Below, one piece after another: positions 7,542 to 14,835 of a stretch of DNA of 20,000 nucleotides (its first letter is position 1; each line of letters begins with the position of its first letter). Under the pieces are notes generated by a model that searched no databases, was not told the DNA's origin, and saw nothing but the letters and a program-made list of their open reading frames with translations. Made by a program: the position numbers and the translations under genes. The DNA comes from an uncultured virus (IMG/VR IMGVR_UViG_3300017655_000263) (taxonomy: Duplodnaviria; Heunggongvirae; Uroviricota; Caudoviricetes), in the IMG/VR virus record IMGVR_UViG_3300017655_000263, positions 54,945 to 74,944 of that record. One strand, 5' to 3'.

Positions 7542-7862
7542 CTAGGCCGCAATGTCCTTGTAATAGGCGTTTGCCTCTTCCTCCGTACTGAACAGCTTAT
7601 CTGCTGGCCGAACGATCAACCCATCACTCTCGACGACGGTCACCACCCAGCGGCCCTTGAAGATATCGGAAAGATAGGGCTTGTCGACGCGCTCCACCAC
7701 AAACTCTCGTGGCTGGTCTTTGTGCTCCTGGATCTTCTGGCGAAGCGCTGCGAGCTCCTCTGGCGTCTTGGGCTTTCGGTTGCGCAACGCCTCGTTGCTA
7801 CGGTCGACTTCGGCCTGGCGCTGCTCGTAGAACTTCTTGGCGGAGACGTTGGGGATGTTCAT
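7542..7862 (-). CDS. hypothetical protein
   Basis: AAGGAG SD before ATG at 7862 (MNIPNVSAKK); ATGA overlap with the upstream gene. Confidence 0.7.
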   Translation of the reverse strand: MNIPNVSAKKFYEQRQAEVDRSNEALRNRKPKTPEELAALRQKIQEHKDQPREFVVERVDKPYLSDIFKGRWVVTVVESDGLIVRPADKLFSTEEEANAYYKDIAA

Positions 7863-8260
7863 AAAGTCTCCTTGGTGATGATTCCTTGCTTGAATAGCTT
7901 GATGGCGAGCTTGCATGCGGCGTCTTCCGGAGCCATTGCTTCACTTCCGATACCACAAGGGGAACCATCTAAATTGTTGTACTCCAATACCCAAGATCCA
8001 TCGTCAAAAGGAATTATCTGTAGGCTCTGGTTTCCCAATATGAGCACTGGCAACTTCCTCAACAAATATCCTAGGTCATAGGCCGGGCTGTATGTGATGC
8101 AACCCATGGTGCCATAGCCAATTTTATTGAAGTGGATAGGCTTCCTGACTCCGCAATCAGAGGCATTTCTGGAGTTCGTAATAATCACTAATTCGTGTCC
8201 AGGATCCCATCCGCTCAAGTAAAACAGCTCTTCACCTAGCTCTAGGGAGGCGTGATTCAT
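7859..8260 (-). CDS. phage-type hypothetical protein
   Basis: SLELGEEL...PAYDLGYLLRKLP...PEDAACKLAIKL; similar layout to 310..726. Confidence 0.75.
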   Translation of the reverse strand: MNHASLELGEELFYLSGWDPGHELVIITNSRNASDCGVRKPIHFNKIGYGTMGCITYSPAYDLGYLLRKLPVLILGNQSLQIIPFDDGSWVLEYNNLDGSPCGIGSEAMAPEDAACKLAIKLFKQGIITKETL

Positions 8261-8451
8261 GCTTCCCCCACTCTAACCTTGCGCACCATAGGTGCGTTCT
8301 GGGTCTGCTGGAGAATGTCTTCCATCTTATTGACCGTGTCGACGTAGTCGTTACCGGTGAGCGCCTGCAGCTTCTCCAGGGCTGTTTGGGCGACCCAGGC
8401 CAGCTGATGCGCCCTGGTATTTCTGATGCGTTGTGCCTCATTTGCTGCCAT
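8257..8451 (-). CDS. hypothetical protein
   Basis: First gene after P4, AAGGGGG SD, ATGA coupling to the next gene. Confidence 0.7.
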   Translation of the reverse strand: MAANEAQRIRNTRAHQLAWVAQTALEKLQALTGNDYVDTVNKMEDILQQTQNAPMVRKVRVGEA

Positions 8452-8481
8452 GTAATTATCCCCCTTATTGGTTATACATCT

Positions 8482-8510
8482 ATATTATTACTATTATATT
8501 ATTATGTCAA
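8482..8510 (-). promoter_or_regulatory. promoter P4 (TTGACA-17-TAATAT)
   Basis: Minus GTATTGACAtaataatataatagtaaTAATAT; the -35 overlaps the stop codon of the upstream gene. Confidence 0.75.
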
Positions 8511-8854
8511 TACACAAATTCATCACCTGCTGCTTCCGCCCTCGCCTTCGTCTCCATCCGTGTCTGCCACGCCCTCACTCTAGGCAGATACACCTTCTTC
8601 AACCATTTGTAGTGCCTTCCCCGCCGCTCAAGAGCCTCGGTGAGGATCTCTCCCCATAGTTTCCTGACTTCATCTTTTGCTTCGTCGGTTTCGGCAGCGC
8701 CATATTGCGCGTAGGCCATTTGCAAGCTGCCCATATGCAGGCGATCAAGCCAGTCCTGGCGGTGTTCTGCATCTCGTGGGGTGGTGGGTGGGGCTAGTGG
8801 TGCTGTAGCCTGGTGCTTGGCCATGATGGCCGCAACGTTGATTGTTCCGTGCAT
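8507..8854 (-). CDS. hypothetical protein
   Basis: 115 aa, AAGGGGG SD. Confidence 0.7.
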   Translation of the reverse strand: MHGTINVAAIMAKHQATAPLAPPTTPRDAEHRQDWLDRLHMGSLQMAYAQYGAAETDEAKDEVRKLWGEILTEALERRGRHYKWLKKVYLPRVRAWQTRMETKARAEAAGDEFVY

Positions 8855-8913
8855 AATCCCCCTTTACTGTGAAAGCCTCCGTCGCCGTGGGTACGGGTCG
8901 GGAGGCTTTCGTT

Positions 8914-9219
8914 CTATGCTGACTCTTCGGATAGTGTGCAAACGTCATAGAGCATCTTAGGAATCTCTAGGAGGAAGCCATCCTCGGAGACAAGATTATA
9001 GAAGTGTGTCTCTTTGGTTTCCGTCCGTCCTGTGCTGAGACCGTAGGAAAGAATATCTATCTCTTCTGTATTAACACTGTGACACTTGGCAACGGCTAAG
9101 AAGAGTGAATACATATTCTGATTCGTCATGACGGTGCCCTGATACCTGATAAGCCCCTTCAGATGTTTCTCCACCCGTCCCCGACTCATCGGACTCAATT
9201 TACTGGTGTCAAATAACAT
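8914..9219 (-). CDS. hypothetical protein
   Basis: 101 aa, preceded by a family-A leader with GGAG SD. Confidence 0.7.
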   Translation of the reverse strand: MLFDTSKLSPMSRGRVEKHLKGLIRYQGTVMTNQNMYSLFLAVAKCHSVNTEEIDILSYGLSTGRTETKETHFYNLVSEDGFLLEIPKMLYDVCTLSEESA

Positions 9220-9309
9220 TCATCTCCATTTCTGCCCAATTCAGGCATATCTCTTTTGAACCGCTCTCCCCTCCTCCTTACCCATCCAGACATCTAAAAA
9301 TCTAAACAC

Positions 9310-9636
9310 CTAGACATTCGTATGTTTTTCTGGAATGGCGACTCTCACAACCAGGTCAATCTCTGTGACCACGCCCAGCGCTTTCAAGGCATCATAGGCG
9401 GTAACATCTATCTCGGAGACATCTCGTAGCCGGCAGGCTGTCAATCCGTCTCCAAAGGCCGTAAGAGGAAGGTTGTCACTGTAGTCCCAGTCATGGCCGT
9501 CATCATCACCACAGTCGTATTCGTGGGACTGGGCAATGGTTTTGGCTTGCTCCATGTCATAGGCCCGGATAAGAGCTTGGTAGCTATGCTGGTGGGCTCC
9601 GTCCTGGCAAATGAAGTCTGCTAGGTAATGTTTCAT
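9310..9636 (-). CDS. acidic hypothetical protein
   Basis: 108 aa, preceded by a family-A leader. Confidence 0.75.
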   Translation of the reverse strand: MKHYLADFICQDGAHQHSYQALIRAYDMEQAKTIAQSHEYDCGDDDGHDWDYSDNLPLTAFGDGLTACRLRDVSEIDVTAYDALKALGVVTEIDLVVRVAIPEKHTNV

Positions 9637-9695
9637 GCAACTCCGTTTCTGCCCCTGAGGGCATATGGCTTTTCCTATCTCTCTCCTCTCCTGCT

Positions 9696-10085
9696 CTACC
9701 GATTCAGTACGTCAGTCAGACTCTCCCCATAGTTGTCGCAGACCTCTTGGAACAGCTTATAAGTGAGGTCGCTGGCCCCTGTTGGCATAGAGACGAACAG
9801 CTCAAGGCGGTCGTCTTCAGATAAATGGTGCTGCCAGCTCTCATCTCCGCTACGGAATTCCTCCATCAGCCATGTAATAAATGTCGCTGGGTTCTGCTCA
9901 AATAATCCACTGAAGTCGGGAATAGATTCATCGCCGGCCTCGATATTCTTGATAAGCCAGTCAAGCTTCCCAAGCTCGGCATTAGCCTCCTTGTCGCCCA
10001 TTGCGCCCATGTCCCCGTCTATGCCCTCGTATGTGTATTTGAGAGCATTCAGGATGGTTTCTAGTTCGTCCTTACTGAATTGCAT
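9696..10085 (-). CDS. acidic hypothetical protein
   Basis: 129 aa, preceded by a family-A leader with GGAGG SD. Confidence 0.75.
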   Translation of the reverse strand: MQFSKDELETILNALKYTYEGIDGDMGAMGDKEANAELGKLDWLIKNIEAGDESIPDFSGLFEQNPATFITWLMEEFRSGDESWQHHLSEDDRLELFVSMPTGASDLTYKLFQEVCDNYGESLTDVLNR

Positions 10086-10141
10086 GCGCCTCCGTTTCTA
10101 CCCATATGGGTATGTGCCTTATGGCTGTCTCTCTCCTCCTC

Positions 10142-10432
10142 TCAAGCCGTCAACAGCTCTGGATTGTCTTGAGCCGTCCCAATCACTCGCCCATACTCCA
10201 TACGCATTGACCTCAGTGAACGACCGTTTTCTCTCGTAATCCTGTCGCTGTTTCCCGCTCTAAACTCAACTCGATAGCCTGTATCAAGCCTGAAATCTTC
10301 ACCTTGTTCCACCACTTGATGAACATGACGGTAGCCGTCGCCGTTTATCCATGTAATCGAAAACTCAAGCACGTCACCGGTAAAGACCTCAGTCCCAGTC
10401 TTATCTCTGAACCCTGTATTTACTCGCTGCAT
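10142..10432 (-). CDS. YopX-family-like protein
   Basis: TGFRDKTGTEVFTGDVL and VIGTAQDNPELL match YopX signatures (TGLKDKNGKEIYEGDI...VIGNIYENPELL); ATG at 10432. Confidence 0.8.
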   Translation of the reverse strand: MQRVNTGFRDKTGTEVFTGDVLEFSITWINGDGYRHVHQVVEQGEDFRLDTGYRVEFRAGNSDRITRENGRSLRSMRMEYGRVIGTAQDNPELLTA

Positions 10433-10515
10433 AGACCCCCGTTCTAGCCTCTCGGCCGTATCGCTTATGCACTTCCGCCACTGGTACGAGCGCCCACCCG
10501 CTCGCCCACAACACA

Positions 10516-10713
10516 CTATTCTGGCTGAGCTTCCAGCTTCTCTAATACTTCGTCGCGTAATTTTTGAAGTTCTTCATACCTCTGGGATAGCTCTGCAGCC
10601 CTGTTGGCTATGGCCAGCCCCTCGTTTGTCAGGAAGACCGTCATGTCAGCAATAGCATCCATTCGCTTCTGATAGATGTCGGCTTCCATCTTCAATGATT
10701 CTTTATCATTCAT
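10516..10713 (-). CDS. small coiled-coil hypothetical protein
   Basis: GAGGTG SD, first gene behind P5. Confidence 0.7.
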   Translation of the reverse strand: MNDKESLKMEADIYQKRMDAIADMTVFLTNEGLAIANRAAELSQRYEELQKLRDEVLEKLEAQPE

Positions 10714-10773
10714 ACTTATCACCTCTTTTCTATTCGATTGTTCATGTGCTGTATCTCTTTTGGATACATATAT

Positions 10774-10802
10774 ATCATATCAATATTATACTATTATGTC
10801 AA
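10774..10802 (-). promoter_or_regulatory. promoter P5 (TTGACA-17-TATGAT)
   Basis: Minus GTATTGACAtaatagtataatattgaTATGAT. Confidence 0.75.
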
Positions 10803-11170
10803 TACACCAAATCTTGTATCTCTCATTAGCCTTGCCCATATTTTCACACTATAGGTTTAGTCCCGCACCCCAATATTCAGACAGCATCCTCCTGCTGGAT
10901 CAAAAGAACAGATAGCAGAGCTGTCAAAAGAAGGAGCGAAGCGGCTTTTGATTGCTCTGATAAAATTACATCTCTCCAGCAGGTGGTTGCGACGGAGTCT
11001 CCACTCCCCACACTCGCAAGCCCTCTGGTATCTCCTCCACGACTTCACGGTGGCGTGACGATGAGGCGCGGCTTTGCCGTGACTGCTCGGTAGCCACCCG
11101 CTCCGGGCGTTTAGGAGGTTGTGCGATCACGCAAGGCCGACTTTACGCATGCGGAGAAACCTTGACCACA

Positions 11171-11209
11171 GAAAAGCCCCCTGGGCGGCAAATCATCCAG
11201 AGGGCTTTC
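11171..11209 (-). terminator. probable terminator hairpin
   Basis: Minus AAAGCCCTCTGG...CCAGGGGGCTTTTC downstream of the 11255 gene. Confidence 0.55.
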
Positions 11210-11254
11210 AGATTAGGCATATCACTTGGGCGGTGTCTCTCTACCTTCATCCTG

Positions 11255-11557
11255 CTAGTTCGAAGTCATGGGCTCAAAGGAGTGAGGTGTTCCATCCCGG
11301 TTGGCGTAGATGGTAAAGGTTCCATCACCCCAATCTCTCACAGCATGGCGGCCACTACTGTCTCGCTTCACAAGGACTACATCCCCGACCTTGGCGTCTC
11401 TGGCCAAGCCATACTCTCCCCAGATAGTTTTGGGTCGCACGATCATCTCCAGCTTGACGGTCTTTTCCGTCAGCCCCACGATCTTCCAGTCACCCGCATG
11501 CGACACGCTCCCGTCGCCGGAAGTTACCCGACTGATATAAGACATTCCTTTAGTCAT
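11255..11557 (-). CDS. hypothetical protein (beta-rich)
   Basis: 100 aa, preceded by a family-A leader. Confidence 0.7.
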   Translation of the reverse strand: MTKGMSYISRVTSGDGSVSHAGDWKIVGLTEKTVKLEMIVRPKTIWGEYGLARDAKVGDVVLVKRDSSGRHAVRDWGDGTFTIYANRDGTPHSFEPMTSN

Positions 11558-11614
11558 TTTTCCCCATATCTAGCCTCTCGGCCGTGTGCCTTATGGCTGC
11601 CTCTCTCCCTCTCC

Positions 11615-11812
11615 TTAGGTCTCCACGGTAATCACAATCAGCACCTGTTGTGCATTCTGGAATCGGATCATATGCGACTCACCCAATGTGTCACGCTTCT
11701 CGACGTAGTCACCTGGCACGGGTAAAAACCCCTGCTCCTTCATCAGGTCCATCATGGCCTCAACCACCTCGGCCACTGCCTGGGTCTCAAGTTTTGGATC
11801 CATGTTCATCAC
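11615..11812 (-). CDS. hypothetical protein
   Basis: AGGAGGTG SD, 65 aa. Confidence 0.7.
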   Translation of the reverse strand: MMNMDPKLETQAVAEVVEAMMDLMKEQGFLPVPGDYVEKRDTLGESHMIRFQNAQQVLIVITVET

Positions 11813-12189
11813 CTCCTAGGGATTGATTGTGTGTACTTTCTGTACTGCTCCTCTCACTAATTCCATCCCCCTTTTCGACTCCACTGAGTTGGCAAAAACC
11901 GCAGTACCCAACGACCACCACGACACCCCCGGATCGCCGCTCTAGCCCCTGTAAAGACCGCCCCAGCCCATCATTTTTGCCAACGGACTACCACTGATCA
12001 TGAGAAGAACAGAAAGAACACACCCCGCTCGCAAGCCCTCTGGTATCGATTATTTCGACTCTTCGACAGTTCGACTAACACTCACCCCGACCCTTCAGGA
12101 TCTCCAATTACTTCACACGCTCCCTGGAGCGATTGCGGATGAGCAATCGCGTATCGGCCATGAAGGCAGGAGCAACCGCAGCGGAGCGC

Positions 12190-12217
12190 TTTATACAGGC
12201 GGATTAGCCTGTGTCAA
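12190..12217 (-). promoter_or_regulatory. promoter embedded in a palindrome (TTGACA-16-TATAAA)
   Basis: Minus gcgcTTGACAcaggctaatccgcctgTATAAAgcgc. Confidence 0.55.
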
Positions 12218-12395
12218 GCGCATAACCACGAACCGTGAAGGTCGGCAGGTACCAGCCCCGGGGGGCTTGGGCTTGGCCCAAGGCCGTACAGCGGGCCTTG
12301 AAAACACAGGCTCAGCAGGTCGAGAGACCAGACAGCCACTCGGGACGAGAGCGCAGGCTTGCCAAGCGACAGCTAAAGCAGGTAGTGCGACTATG

Positions 12396-12427
12396 AAAAA
12401 AGGGACGCCCTTGCAAGCGCCCCTTTC
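12396..12427 (-). terminator. Rho-independent terminator
   Basis: Minus AAAGGGGCGC-ttgcaagg-GCGTCCCTTT TTT after the 12436 stop. Confidence 0.7.
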
Positions 12428-12435
12428 AAGTCAGG

Positions 12436-12966
12436 CTAATTGTGGAAGACTGAAAACGGAACTGTATCCCAGGTTTCCGCCGGCTCTTCAACCTTCTCAC
12501 GCTCCTCATGGAGTTCACGCGCAATTTTCTTGTCTAGCTCATGTAACTCACAGCCATAATGCATCCTTGGATATGGCATAAACTGGTGGCAGAAGCACAG
12601 CCACTCCGGCCACTCACCAACGAGGTCCTCTGGACTATATTCAGGACCAGTATCTGCCATCGGCGTATACCCCCTCAATCCCCCACATTCGAGACACTTC
12701 TCATCTATATCAGACATACAGATAGAACACCCATGACCTAAAAGCTTGATCTTGTGCCTTCGCAGCTCTGGATACGTAATAGTGACAACCGCTGAATTTG
12801 GACGAAAGATGTCAGGATCCGTAAAGAAGCAGCTTCGTTGCTCACCTTCCAGATCGAACGAATCAACCACGTATCCCATCTTCTCCATACGGTCCCCAAA
12901 CTCTCTTGCATGGAATATCTGACGCTCGTCTATCACTTCCAGATATTGTTGAAATAAACTATCCAT
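12436..12966 (-). CDS. Cys-rich hypothetical protein (possible Zn finger)
   Basis: CSIC, CLEC, CFC and HYGC motifs; GGAGG SD. Confidence 0.7.
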   Translation of the reverse strand: MDSLFQQYLEVIDERQIFHAREFGDRMEKMGYVVDSFDLEGEQRSCFFTDPDIFRPNSAVVTITYPELRRHKIKLLGHGCSICMSDIDEKCLECGGLRGYTPMADTGPEYSPEDLVGEWPEWLCFCHQFMPYPRMHYGCELHELDKKIARELHEEREKVEEPAETWDTVPFSVFHN

Positions 12967-13698
12967 AGAGATCTATCCTCCAAGATTATTGTGTGTGCTT
13001 TCTGCACGCTCTCCTGTCACCAAGTAATCCTTTGCGACCAGCAATCAATAATTTATTTATGACATGTAGCAGCCTCTATCTGGGAGAGCAAGCCGTCGCA
13101 TGTCCAGACACGGCCAGCCAACACCCGCACCTGACCTATCGCAACCCTCGACATTGAGGTGCTTGCCGGAGTCATTCGGGATAATGAGGAGAGCAGGAAG
13201 CACACCCCCTCCGGGAGCGAAACAGCTCCGACTCCACCACCAACGTCTTGCTTTGGTGTGCTATTCAAGCACGCCATTGCAAGAAGGACTCGGGAAACCT
13301 CCCAGGCCACATACCACCGCCACCTCGGACGGAAGAGGTAGCTTTGCTGCCTCGCTGTACAACGGTTGGGAGCGGCTCCACCCAAACCCGACCTCACCAC
13401 CCTGCTTCCTCGAAAGCAATTCACCCCCGCGGGATAACAACCACCTTCACCATCGGATCCCCGATTCATGGCCACTTCAAACCTCTACGCCTCCAGCAAC
13501 GCAGGCGCTTGAGGATGATGCACAGGCATCATCCGAATGAGCCGGTCACGGCACATCAGCATCCAGCATGGACAGACCACGCTGACCCGAGAGCCCCTGG
13601 CTCAATAGCCCACGGCAACAAACAAGGACGCCTCCAACGGAACCGCCCTTCACCAAAGACTCTTCGATTCTCATCCACCCTCTTCACCAGAACCCTGT

Positions 13699-14835
13699 TC
13701 AAAACAAGGAGTAGTCGGGCCCGATTTCCGGCAATCCCAGAAGATGGACATCGAGCCGCTTCTTGTGGGGATAGGCCAACATCGGATTCCGCCATACCTC
13801 ACCCATGATGGCGTTCGGGGTGTCGTGCACATCTTCCCTGGAGGCGTACCAGTAGGCGCTGGACCCCTGGGCTTTATGCGTGGTCGCAATCATCTTCTCT
13901 ACCCGGTTTGGATTGGTTGTGATCGTCAAAACCCTTGGTGCTTCAAACAAATTCACTTCCTCCGGCGTGAATCCGAGGGTCAGGTAGAACGGGTCTCTCG
14001 GATATTCGATGGCGAAATAGTTACCATAGCGGCGGATTTTGGAATACCAGTCCCGTCCCCCTTTACCGCCACTCTTGATCGTCTCCGTCCCGCGATCGAT
14101 CTCCAGGAACAGGGGAAAGATTCTGACATCAGGATCATCCTCACTCCCGGTTACCACTTGCACCAAGCAGAAACCGTCAGGGATAAACCCCTTGAACCGG
14201 GTCCGCTTCGAGAGCAGGTCATCGTCAAACCAGTTCAGCACCTTGGCGGCGCCGGTTCTGTCTGTGCCCCGGATGAGCGCGATGATGGCATCGTTGATCT
14301 CCAGCTGGTGATCAATACTCTGGTCGGCGAACTGACGCAGTCGCGGCGTCCACCGGATCTCATCAACGAGGTCGGATCTTTCCTCGAGCATTGCCCGCAC
14401 TATCCTGGTCCCCTCCTTGGTCAGAATGTTGACCGGTGCCCGGACGATGTTTCCTGTGGTCTTGCCCGTCGCCTTGTCCCTGGTCCGGCTGGTCTGGAAG
14501 ACCATCATCCTCTCGATCAGCCTCGACTCGAACAGGCGCTTCAACGACAGGTCGGCGGCGTCCTTCGCCCCCGCTTCGCTGTAGATCTTCTTGTGACTGT
14601 TTATCGTCCCCCGGAACAGCAGATCCGCTATCTGGAGATTGGTGAGGAAGCGGTGCCTGTTCAAGGCCAGCAATATATCCTCCCCGGCCCGGATCGCCTG
14701 CAAGGGCCACACCTTGGCCACCAGCTCCTCCTTGAGGACGACGCGGCCCTGGCGTGACTTCTTCTCCCGCTTCGTCGTCGAGGAAGAATCCTCCTTCATC
14801 GTCTGCTGTATCGTCGTCGGGGAAGCCATAGTCAT
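13699..14835 (-). CDS. replication-relaxation family protein (Replic_Relax / MOBC-like relaxase)
   Basis: LNRHRFLTNLQIADLLF HTH-like region, DHQLEIND, IPDGFCLV and LFLEIDRGTE PD-(D/E)xK-type motifs. Confidence 0.85.
   Translation of the reverse strand: MTMASPTTIQQTMKEDSSSTTKREKKSRQGRVVLKEELVAKVWPLQAIRAGEDILLALNRHRFLTNLQIADLLFRGTINSHKKIYSEAGAKDAADLSLKRLFESRLIERMMVFQTSRTRDKATGKTTGNIVRAPVNILTKEGTRIVRAMLEERSDLVDEIRWTPRLRQFADQSIDHQLEINDAIIALIRGTDRTGAAKVLNWFDDDLLSKRTRFKGFIPDGFCLVQVVTGSEDDPDVRIFPLFLEIDRGTETIKSGGKGGRDWYSKIRRYGNYFAIEYPRDPFYLTLGFTPEEVNLFEAPRVLTITTNPNRVEKMIATTHKAQGSSAYWYASREDVHDTPNAIMGEVWRNPMLAYPHKKRLDVHLLGLPEIGPDYSLF

Larger units (their letters stand above)
9220..11614 (-). repeat. 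dispersed leader repeat family A, 5 copies (9220-9278, 9637-9695, 10086-10141, 10433-10475, 11558-11614)
   Basis: GA-rich tract, A-rich linker, 4-5 bp covarying hairpin, then GAAAYGGAG-like SD directly before each ATG. Confidence 0.75.

Noticed and set aside
9220..11614. Integron attC cassette array
   Set aside because: Repeats lack RYYYAAC/GTTRRRY ends and long attC palindromes; no integrase seen
1..13050. Classical conjugative leading region entering from an oriT at ~13.3 kb
   Set aside because: Leading-region genes are normally transcribed toward oriT, whereas these run away from the relaxase side; this would only hold if oriT lies left of the window
12000..13889. ORFs 12000..12581, 13053..13475, 13100..13540 and 13248..13808
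   Set aside because: Mutually overlapping, low-complexity, and without SD or recognisable motifs
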